Assembly: GCA_964234715.1 (NCBI GenBank)
Contig: OZ174281.1
Strand: one strand, 5' to 3'
Source: Podarcis melisellensis
Taxonomy: Eukaryota
Length of the DNA stretch: 64,000 nt
In this document: piece by piece, positions 25,225-35,848 of the stretch
How positions within the stretch are numbered: position 1 is the first letter of the stretch
Layout: each line of letters opens with the position of its first letter
The notes under the pieces: generated by a model
What the model was told of the DNA's origin: nothing
What the model saw: the letters and a program-made list of their open reading frames with translations, nothing else
The model's database searches: none
Program-made: the position numbers and the translations under genes

Positions 25225-27627
25225 CTGGACTACGATTAGGCCTTCATTGTTCAAGTTTAAATCTTCACCAGGTAGGATTGGATCCTTTGCCTCACAAGCT
25301 TCTTTATTGTTCAGAGTATTGGAATAATTTGCCTTGCTAGAGTCTGTAGTGAGAGAAACCTCCTGGCAGTAGGAGTGCAGAAATGCTCGGACTCCGTCAA
25401 TCCCCACAAACTGTGAGATAGGAGCGCCACTGAAATTCGCACTCCCCGACTCAAGCAGTTGAGAATTTCTCCACCTGTGCAACTTGATGGCCAGTAACAC
25501 GAGGAGGAAGATGAAGAACAAGCAGGAAACAAAAGCCACCGCAAGGACCAGGTAGAAGGTGAGGTCAGATGGAGGCTCCACAGGAGCTGAGATGCTGCTC
25601 AGATCTGACAGGATTGCAGGGATGGTGTCAGCCAGCACCACAGTCAGAGTGGCTGAAGCAGAGAGAGGTGGCTGCCCATTGTCCTTCACTAAAACCACCA
25701 GGCTTTGCTTGAGGGCATCTTTCTCCAGAAAGAAGCGGGCCGTCCTGATCTCTCCCGTGTGGAGCCCCAGAGTGAAGAGCCCTGGCTCGGTGGCCTTGAT
25801 CAGCTGGTAGGAGAGCCAGGCATTCTGGCCAGAGTCTCCATCCACGGCCACCACCTTAGTGACCAGGTAGCCTGGCTCTGAGGAGCGAGGGGCCAGCTCT
25901 ATCCCCGTGGAGCCATCGGTGGGAGGGGAGGGGTACAGGATTTGGGGAGCATTGTCATTCTGGTCCAGGATGAAGAGAGTCACTGAGACGGTGGAGCTGA
26001 GTGATGGAGAGCCTCCGTCCTGGGCCTTTACACGGAACCGAATGTCTCGAAACTCTTCATAATCAAAGGAGGTCAGAGCATATATAACCCCCGTCTCAGA
26101 GTTAATGGAGAGGTAGGAGGAGAGGCGGGAGTCACTTCTTTGGTCATCAGTGATGGAATATGTTATTCTGGCATTTTCTTCCCAGTCTGGATCACTTGCT
26201 TTCAGGGAAAAGACTGAGGCTCCTCTTGGATTATTTTCTAGGAGATAAGAGGTGTAGGCTGACTGTACAAAGAGTGGGGGGTTGTCATTTGTGTCTAACA
26301 GCTGCAGTGAAATAATTGCAGAGGTTGATAATGTTGGAGTCCCATTATCAGTTGCTGTAATAGCGATGTCATAGGTTGCCACTTGTTCCCTATCAAGGGC
26401 TCTGTCTGTCACTAAAGTGTAAAAATTGTCCATTGTTTTTTTAAGTTGGAAAGGAAGACTGTTGGAAATTGAGCATATAACCTCCCCATTGACTCCTGAA
26501 TCTCTGTCTTGGACATTTAAAATGGCAATGACAGTTCCAGTTGGTGTGTTCTCAGACACAGCGTTGAGTACAAAGGTTATTGCTATTTCAGGTGCATTGT
26601 CATTTAAGTCTTTTACAAAGATAACAACCTTTGATCTGTTACTTAGACCACCACCATCAATGGCTTGTACCTCAAATTCATATAAGGATGATATTTCAAA
26701 GTCAAGGCTTCCTGCAAGGGTAATGTCTCCTGTTGTTGAATTCAGTAGAAACATTTTAGAAATCTTCTCTGTGTTTTTTCCAAAGAAGTATTTTACCTCT
26801 CCATTGATTCCTTCATCTGTATCGGTGGCTCTCACTGTGCAAACTATAAACCCTTTAGGAATATTTTCCTTTATGGTTGCTTCAAAGATCTGTTGTGTGA
26901 AAACCGGTGCATTGTCATTTGCATCTAGAACAATCACATGGATTTGAGCAGTACCAGATCTCACTGGATCACCCCCATCAGTAGCTGTGAGGATTAGATC
27001 ATAATCTGGTTGCTCTTCCCTGTCCAGAAGTTTCTCCAGCACCAGCTCAGCATGTTTTGCCCCGTTTTCTCCTGTCTGCACATGCAGAGAAAAATGGCTA
27101 CTGCCTGCAAGTTGATAATCTTGTATAGAATTTATCCCTAGATCTGGATCCTGAGCTATGGGTAAAATAAACCTGTCTCTGAGTGTTGATGTCTCACTGA
27201 TTTTCATTTTCCATTCCTTTGGTAGAAACCAGGGTGCATTGTCATTTATATCTGTAATTTCCACTTCAATACCATAAAGTTTTAATTTACTTTCAATAAA
27301 AACCTGCAACTTCAATATGCATTTGTCTGCCTCTCCACAGATTTCCTCTCTATCTATTCTCTCAGAAATCTGTAAATGGCCATTGTTGACATTCAAAGCA
27401 AAATACTGAACCATACCTACACTGGAAACAATGCGGAGTCCATGGTCTGAAAGCTGCTTCCCATCCATTCCCAGGTCCTTTGCAACATTCCCCACAAAAG
27501 AGCCTTTCTGCATCTCCTCAGGAATGGAATAGCGGATCTGCCCAGAAATTAGCTTCCAGATAGTCACCATGACAAGGCATTGAAGGATTCCTTTTCTGCA
27601 ACTCCCGAGTCTCTGGGTTTCTTCCAT
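25225..27627 (-). CDS. PCDHGA: Protocadherin gamma variable exon E5, gammaA-like sub-type Ab (801 codons)
   Basis: ORF 24868..27627 reads through into the intron; donor CAG|GTGAGC at 25225/25224 after ...LIVVQ, the same position as in E3. Confidence 0.93.
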
Positions 27628-27860
27628 GATTTTGTACCAGGATAAAAAATGCTGGTTCTGTTCAAAAGCTCTAATGATTGGTTTCTGGTGTTCCCTTTGT
27701 TCTGCTCCTAGTTCCAGTTCAAAATAGCCAAATTGTTTCTAAGCAAAACTTCCTTCAGTTTTGCTTTCTGTACTGTCATGTTCAGCCTTGCCTCAGTTAT
27801 TGTGTGCTGCACTCTAATAGCTAAGGTTGTGAGGCTAGATCTTTTACTTTTTTTCCTTAT

Positions 27861-27885
27861 TGGTGAACAGCGACACCATGAGGCT
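27861..27885 (-). promoter_or_regulatory. CSE promoter element of E5 (canonical CGCT box)
   Basis: + strand tggtgaacAGCGacaccatgaggct. Confidence 0.82.
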
Positions 27886-28131
27886 CAATACAAAACTGCA
27901 GAAGCCTTATTTTGGAATCCTAAATATACATTTTCTTCCATAACTGCTTCTATTCTTTATGGTATTATCAGGAAATTTCAGTTGACTGATCTTTTTGTTC
28001 AACTCATTAATAGATATATAACTCATATAAGCCAGTTTTGTCCTTTAAAAAAAAATCACAATAGGTACTTTTTCTCAGGTGTTCTCATGTTTACTCCCAG
28101 TCTTAGTTGAATATTGAATATTATAAGCATA

Positions 28132-28372
28132 CAGTGGTACCTCTAGTTACAAACTTAATTTGTTCCGGAGGTCCATTCTTAACCTGAAACTGTTCTTAAC
28201 TAGAAGTGTGCTTTCACTAATGGGGCCTCTTGCTGCTGCTGCGCCGCCAGGACACGATTTCCGTTCTCATCCTGGGGCAAAGTTCTCAACTCGAGGTAAC
28301 TCTTCCAGGTTAGCGGAGTTTGTAACCTGAAGCGTTTTCAACATGAGGCGTTTGTAACTAAAGGTACCACTG
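28132..28372. mobile_element. Tc1/mariner(pogo)-type MITE, same family as 7456, opposite orientation
   Basis: CAGTGGTACCT...AGGTACCACTG termini, TA duplication; empty site gcaTAtaacc at 36100. Confidence 0.92.
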
Positions 28373-29308
28373 TATAACCAGGATCTGGCAGGTGATTATA
28401 CTACGATATGTGCAATTCAGTCCTGCTCATCTATGTATGCTGATCTATCATGTGCAGTTTTCTAATCATTCTTCCCTCCCGCTCCCATTTCCTTCTCAGA
28501 GTTAATTCTTTATTTGACCTTCACATGCAGTTACATTTGTGTGATTTCCCCCCCAACCCTGTCCAAGTGGTTCTGTCTTTCACAGGCAGCTCTTAGATGC
28601 AGGGGATTGCATAATGGAAAGTCAGCTTCCACAGGGCTGTGCTTGAAAAATAATCATGCATCCTCTTTCCTCTCCATCTTTCCCTCCTTCAGTAATCCCA
28701 TGTGCCCAGTTTCTCTTTCTTCAGTTCTCATCTGATAGTTCCTCAGGCTCTTACGCTGGCTAACTTTGAGATGAGAAGTTTGCATTACATCCAGTAAGTA
28801 GAACTGCAGAGCGTTTTCATTGAAAGCCAATAATCAGAACAAGATTAATGGAACTAAAGTGTCCAAGAACCAAGACTTGCACCCTGCCCATCATGAGGAT
28901 AGCTATTCATTCTAGTACCATAATAATCTGAAACTGGCGTTTTGAAACAAGAGCTGTATTGAGGGTATCAAGAAGGCGCTTTTGTTTTCACACCATTACA
29001 TTCTGAGGTAGCAGATTTGAATTTTTTAAGTCTCCATTGAAGTGGGGAAACAATTTCAATAATCTATCCCAGATACTTCCAGTTTGCTGTTGTATTACAT
29101 TATCTTCTTATGACTTTATCACTGACAGCTCTTCTTTTGGAGGCTTGGTTGTTCTCTGAAGTCAACTCAATTTGACTTTGGCCATCAACTCAGTCACTTC
29201 TTTGATTTATAGCTAACCAACAATATTCTCAAATGAACATATCAAACATCATGGCCACTGGGAGGTGTGACTACAACGATCTGAAATCCCACCCGTGATT
29301 CCATAAGC

Positions 29309-29350
29309 ACCCATATCTAGAAATGTGGTAACCCATATCTAGAAATGTGG
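29309..29350 (+). repeat. Local 22-bp-period tandem duplication (also at ~37175-37216)
   Basis: acccatatctagaaatgtgg-ta-acccatatctagaaatgtgg. Confidence 0.9.
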
Positions 29351-29814
29351 CTACATGTATTCAGATGGCCTCTATGAGGTATGCTTTTAAGTAGGCACCA
29401 TGTAGAAGGTAAGATAATAAACACCAGTGTCTCTTCTGCTTCCTGCTGAAGTGGAGACCTGAAACATCAGAAACAGAAGCCTAGATGGATGCCATTTGAG
29501 TTGTGGTGAAAGCTGGCGAAGCACAAGAAAACCGAGTGACTCAGAAGTCTTCTAAATAGCATGCCTCTTGCTTAGGAGCTGCTTTCCTCCAAACAGTCTC
29601 CATGCAGCTGGGGCGTAATGAGTGAGCTGATCACGCAGGTCCTACCCACATAAACTGAACACACTCCTCCTGCATAAACTCAACCTACATGGCTTCTCAC
29701 TTAGGTCCCAACTGCATAGGGTCTACTCATAGAAAGCAGCCCCCTCATGCCTAATAATAGCTAATAATACTTGGATCATGACTGGATGCAGAAAGGGGAC
29801 GTTTTTAACAAAAC

Positions 29815-30380
29815 AATTTTCAATAGAGATAAATTTAAATCTCTGCGTTAGTTAGGAAGAATCAGGTGCACAAATCTAGGATGGGTGATACCTGGCTTTA
29901 CAGCTGTACATGTGAAAAGATTCTAGGGTTTTAGCAGATAACAAGGTAAACATGAGCCAGCAGTGCGACACAACAGCTAAAAAGGCTAATGCAGTTCTAG
30001 TTCACATCAACATAAATACTGCGTCCAGTTTGTGAAAAGTAATGGTATATTTATATCCTGCTTTGGTCAGACAACCTCACCCGGAGTACTGTGCCCATTT
30101 CCATGCACCACAGTTTAAGAAGAATATTGGCAAACTGGAATGTGTCCAAAATGGGGAAACAAAAAAAAAATTCAAATTGCAAGAAAAAGTATTTAGACTA
30201 TTAGGAAGAACCTTTTGCAGGCATGAGCTGCTTGAAAGTGGATCAGACTGCATCCATTAAGTCGTGTACTCTTCTTCATTAGAAGTTCTAAACAGAGATT
30301 ATCAGCAATGGTGAATTTCCTGCATTGGCAGATGGTTGGAATAGATGATTATTGAGGTCGCTTTGAACTCTATAATTCTA
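29815..30380 (+). mobile_element. Decayed, internally deleted CR1 LINE 3' fragment (paralog ~37683..38243)
   Basis: atgagccagcagtgcgac...gctaaaaaggctaatgca...cctcacccggagtactgtg...cagtttaagaag are CR1 ORF2 hallmarks; ends in ctctataattcta. Confidence 0.75.
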
Positions 30381-30854
30381 ATATGTGAAGTGAGAATACA
30401 TGTGTCTCCACTATGATAAAATGCAAGAATTTCACCTGCTAGAATCACCCATCATTCCATGATCCTGGCGCCTAGCCCTGCTTTCCATATTATACAGGAA
30501 GGAATAAATGTCACTCACACCTCAGTTTCCTTTTGTTTCGAACATGCGATGCTCCCCTCAATCCATCCTAGAATTTGGAGGGATAGTATTGCAGCAGCAG
30601 TAAATAAATTGTCTTCTTTTTCTATCATTTGCCCCCAAATATGTAAAGAAGAATTTGGCAGAGTTCTTTTGGAAGAATAAATCTGGAGTCTGTACACTAT
30701 GGTAATTTACCTCAGACTTTGCAGATAAAATAATACTCACTTCAACAATCCTGCCATGGAGTCAGTATTTTTTTATGTCTATATTTGGGATACAGTCAAG
30801 AATATCCAGCTTCAAGGAAGGAGTAATGCCTATTGGAATAAAAAGTCCTGCAAC

Positions 30855-30940
30855 AGGCAGTGAAATTCCATCAGGAAGGAGGCCCAGAGGACTTTCCAGG
30901 GCAGGGAGTTCCACGTCCCTTCCATGAATACCTGCCAAAT
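30855..30940 (-). mobile_element. Short decayed L2-like LINE fragment (paralog ~38730..38812)
   Basis: Minus-strand translation ...TWNSLPWKVLWASFLMEF resembles the L2 ORF2 C-terminal WNSLP motif. Confidence 0.4.
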
Positions 30941-32189
30941 ATATCTCAGATATATGTCCCCTGTGGCAGGGAGGCACATGGCAGCATGTCCACCAGAAGT
31001 ATTGTAGTTGCCCCATCTAGGCAAAAATATAAATTCAGGTGGTCAGGGAACCAGTACAGCTTCACGCCGTTTTATAAAGCCTCAGTCCCAAGGCCTGCTC
31101 ATTTTTCCTCAGCAAGGAAGTGGGGGAGGTGGTTCTGCCAGGCTGAAGGCCTGCTCTTCACCTTTCCTCACTCTAGCTGCTGCCACCTCAGAAACCTGAC
31201 AGTTTGCCTGTTTTGCAATTACACCAGGCGCCATCGGTCTTTTTGGACCAGTGGGAACATTTTTAATTCTGAGAGAGTGCTGTGGGTGCAAGTCACAAAA
31301 TGGCTGCCATGGGTGCATGGCATAATACAAAATGGCTGCTGTGGGGAGCAGGGTATACCACAAAATTAGAGTGAGCACAGTCATGGTGAAACTTTTCCCA
31401 TAATTGTATTTCCATATTAGGAAAGGCTCAACCTCTTGAATTTTTGTCTGCCATACATCTGTTAAAGGCACAAGAACCTGTTTCCCCCCAATGCCAACCC
31501 TAAACCAAAGCCTCATCTGCCATCCTGTTTCCATTAAGCACGTCTGAGTAGGTATGTATACCATTATACTGTAAGTTAACTATACAGTGAATTCTTAATG
31601 ATTGGCAGGTCTTTAGCTCTTTCACAGAATAAGATATGTCTAAGCCTCTTTGCAAAGTGTTCACATTTGCCTTTGGGTGAGTTTTTAACATCCATCCACA
31701 TTTACTGTGTAGTAATATCTAGAGAAAATAACTTCTAGGGATTACTTTATCTCAGACAAACCCACCACAGGAATGATGCATCCCAGTTTCTAGGAACAAA
31801 AATCAGGACTCTGTGCTCCAGCATTGCATATATACTGGATTTTTTATTACTATTTTTTAGCAAGGTTTAATATGAGGCCTAGTAAGGGATTGAAGGTGCT
31901 TGCTTAATTGTGAGTGCAGTAGAAAAAGTACCGGTGTTCAGAAAAGATAAAATTTTCCTCAGAAGAATGGGGGAAGAGCGCTGCCAGCACTTCTAAAACA
32001 TAAAGCTGCCACAGATAAACACAGGAGATCAAAAAGAGTGAATATGCATTTTCTGGAAGAGGCTCAACAGCAGAGATTAAGGTTTATCTGTCAGAAGATA
32101 ATTAATTACCATATTTAGTGACAGGAAAGTTCTGGTATATTTTCTCCAGGAATAGTTTTGTATGTAGCAAAAAGCCAAGCAGCGCTTGG

Positions 32190-32370
32190 CAAGGCCAGCC
32201 CAGTACATTTTGGCACCTAAGACAGACCCCAGAATGGCACCCCCTCCCCACCAGGGAACATGGGGTGAGTGAAGATCTACGTCAGGAACTGACATCAGGA
32301 TCTGCTGCCCTGGAGGACTCTGCCGCCTAAGGTGGTCACCACACCTTCCCTCGTGGGTGAGCCAGCCCTG
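32190..32370. mobile_element. hAT-type MITE
   Basis: Termini CAAGGCCAGCCC / GAGCCAGCCCTG; perfect 8-bp TSD GCGCTTGG (32182-32189, 32371-32378). Confidence 0.85.
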
Positions 32371-33188
32371 GCGCTTGGCCTTTCAAAGCCATTACAAGAA
32401 ACAGCTCTGTCTCTGCCTAGTCTTATGTGAGAGTCTCCCCTATGCACACACCTACCTCCCTGTCTTTGATCTAATTCCTTTTAGAGGTTTGGAAAGTGGT
32501 AGGGGTCCATCATATGGAAGATTTGATTTAATCATTGCATATGGGAGTGTTTTCTTCTGCCAGTTTACATCTTTGATTTTCCTTCTGCCCTACCCATCCC
32601 AGCAGAGAACATGAGAATCCACATGACATTTACTAATGGAAAAGCCAGAAGATTCAGCCTAAAACTAATTGCACAAATGCACTAAATAATCTATCTTAGT
32701 TAATATTCAGTTAGTATGTTATTTTCATTTTTCTCGATTCAGCAGATGCTAGAATATCAGTCAAACAAGTGTATAAGTATAACGCATGATTATTCTTACC
32801 ACGCACACATTCCAAAATATCCTACAACTATATGGTACATTTCGGCCAAAGAAAAGCATTTCTGAGACCTAGTGATTTCTGGAGAAGGAACTTAAGCATG
32901 TGCTTATCTCTCCCATGGATGGTGCCCATAATATTGATGTTCGTTAAAATGCTGCATAGCATCACTTATATTTTTACATACCATAATACAGTATATACGT
33001 GGCAATGAGGATCAGAGAGTCATTTTACTGCTGGGCAATATAACAGCAAAGATAAGAAATGTAATTGAGTAAAATAATTTGTCTGTTATAGCATGAAACA
33101 CAAATACTGAAAAAACAACTGTGGTGTTACTAATAAATAGCAAATAAAATGGTATGTATAATAATACCCTCCAGTATTGTTTGCTCAC

Positions 33189-35591
33189 CTGGACTACGAT
33201 TAAGCCTTCATTGTTCAAGTTTAAATCTTCACCAGGTAGGATAGGATCCTTTGCCTCACAAGCTTCTTTATTGTTCAGAGTATTGGAATAATTTGCCTTC
33301 CTAGAGTCTGTAGTGAGAGAAACCTCCTGGCAGTAGGAGTGCAGAAATGCTCGGACTCCGTCAATCCCCACAAACTGTGAGATAGGAGCGCCACTGAAAT
33401 TCACACTCCCCGACTCAAGCAGCTGAGAATTTCTCCACCTGTGCAACTTGATGGCCAGTAACACGAAGAGGAAGATAAAGAACAAGCAGGAGACAAAAGC
33501 CACTGCAAGGACCAGGTAGAAGGTGAGGTCAGACGGAGGCTCTACAGGAGCTGAGATGCTGCTCAGGTCTGAGAGGATTGCAGGGATGGTGTCAGCCAGC
33601 ACCACAGTCAGAGTGGCTGAAGCAGAGAGAGGTGGCTGCCCATTGTCCTTGACTAAAACCACCAGGCTTTGCTTGAGGGCATCTTTCTCCAGAAAGAAGC
33701 GGGCCGTCCTGATCTCTCCCGTGTGGAGCCCCAGGGTGAAGAGCCCTGGCTCGGTGGCCTTGATCAGCTGGTAGGAGAGCCAGGCATTCTGGCCAGAGTC
33801 CGCATCCACAGCCACCACCTTAGTGACCAGGTAGCCTGGCTCAGAGGAGCGAGGGGCCAGCTCTATCCCTGTGGAGCCATCAGTGGGAGGGGAGGGGTAC
33901 AGGATTTGGGGAGCATTGTCATTCTGGTCCAGGATGAAGAGAGTCACTGAGACGTTGGAGCTGAGTGATGGAGAGCCTCCGTCCTGGGCCTTTACACGGA
34001 ACCGAATGTCTCGAAACTCTTCATAATCAAAGGAGGTCAGAGCATATATAACCCCCGTCTCAGAGTTAATGGAGAGGTAGGAGGAGAGGTGGGAGTCACT
34101 TCTTTGGTCATCAGTGATGGAATATGTTATTCTGGCATTTTCTTCCCAGTCTGGATCACTTGCTTTCAGGGAAAAGACTGAGGCTCCTCTTGGATTATTT
34201 TCTAGAAGATAAGAGGTGTAGGCTGACTGTAAAAAGAATGGGGGGTTGTCATTTGTGTCTAACAGCTGCAGTGAAATAATTGCAGAGGTTGATAATGTCG
34301 GAGTCCCATTATCAGTTGCTGTAATAGTGATGTCATAGGTCGCCACTTGTTCCCTGTCAAGGGCTCTGTCTGTCACTAAAGTGTAAAAGTTGTCCATTGT
34401 TTTCTTTAGTTGGAAAGGAAGGCTATTGGGAATTGAGCATATAACCTCCCCATTGACTCCTGAATCTCTGTCTTGGACATTTAAAATGGCAATGACAGCT
34501 CCAGTTGGTGTGTTCTCAGACACAGAGTTGAGTACAAAGGTTATTGCTATTTCAGGTGCGTTATCATTTAAGTCTTTTACATAGATAACAACCTTTGATC
34601 TGTTACTTAGACCACCACCATCAATGGCTTGTACCTCAAATTCATATAAAGATGATATTTCAAAATCAAGTCTTCCTGCAAGGGTAATGTCTCCTGTTGT
34701 TGAATTCAGTAGAAACATTTTAGAATTTTTCTCTGTGTTTTTTTCAAAGGAGTATTTTACCTCTCCATTGGTTCCTTCATCTATATCGGTGGCTCTCACT
34801 GTGCACACTATCGACCCTTTAGGAATATTTTCATTCATGCTTGCTTCAAAGATCTGTTGCGTGAAAATCGGTGCGTTGTCATTTGCATCTAGAACAATCA
34901 CATGGATTTGAGCAGTACCAGATCTCACTGGATCACCCCCATCAGTAGCTGTGAAGATGAGATCATAAACTGGTTGCTCTTCCCTGTCCAGAAGTTTCTC
35001 CAGCACCAGCTCAGCATGCCTTGCCCCATTTTCTCCTGTCTGCACATGCAGAGAAAAATGGCTACTGCCTGCAAGTTGATAATCTTGTATAGAATTTATC
35101 CCTAGATCTGGATCCTGAGCTTTGGGTAGAAGAAACCTGTCTCTGAGTGTTGATGTCTCACTGATTTTCATTTTCCATTCCTTTGGTAGAAACCAAGGTG
35201 CATTGTCATTTATATCTGTAATTTCCACTTCAATACCATAAAGTTTTAATTTACTTTCAATAAAAACCTGCAACTTCAATATGCATTTGTCTGCCTCTCC
35301 ACAGATTTCCTCTCTATCTATTCTCTCAGAAATCTGTAAATGGCCATTGTTGACATTCAAAGCAAAATACTGAACCATACCTACACTGGAAACAATGCGG
35401 AGTCCATGGTCTGAAAGCTGCTTCCCATCCATTCCCAGGTCCTTTGCAACATTCCCCACAAAAGAACCTTTCTGCATCTCCTCAGGAATGGAATAGCAGA
35501 TCTGCCCTGAAACTGCCTTCCAGATAGTCACCATGACAAGGCATTGAAGGATTCCTTTTCTGCAACTCCCGAGTCTCTGGGTTTCTTCCAT
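33189..35591 (-). CDS. PCDHGA: Protocadherin gamma variable exon E6, gammaA-like sub-type Ab (801 codons)
   Basis: ORF 33012..35591; tandem duplicate of E5; donor CAG|GTGAGC at 33189/33188. Confidence 0.93.
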
Positions 35592-35823
35592 GATTTTGTA
35601 CCAGGATAAAAAATGCTGGTTCTGTTCAAAAGCTGTAATATTGGTTTCTGGTGTTCCCTTTGTTCTGCTCCTAGTTCCAGTTCAAAATAGTCAAATTGTT
35701 TCTAAGCAAAACTTACTTCAGTTTTGCTTTCTGTACTGTCATGTTCAGCCTCGCGTCAGTTATTGTGTGCTGCACTGTAATAGCTAAGGTTGTGAGGCTA
35801 GATCTTTAATTTTTTTTCCTTAT

Positions 35824-35848
35824 TGGTGAACAGCGACATCATGAGGCT
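35824..35848 (-). promoter_or_regulatory. CSE promoter element of E6 (canonical CGCT box)
   Basis: + strand tggtgaacAGCGacatcatgaggct. Confidence 0.82.

Larger units (their letters stand above)
25225..33188. repeat. ~8 kb tandem duplication unit 1 (E5 + upstream intergenic DNA)
   Basis: Collinear with 33189..~40935; start codons 27627 and 35591 are 7964 bp apart. Confidence 0.92.

Noticed and set aside
30860-31369. 169-aa ORF present in both tandem units, with an RT-like stretch QKYKFRWSGNQYSFT
   Set aside because: GTG start, no following LPQG/LPFG or YxDD motifs; the opposite strand looks like an L2 remnant; persistence is explained by recent duplication.
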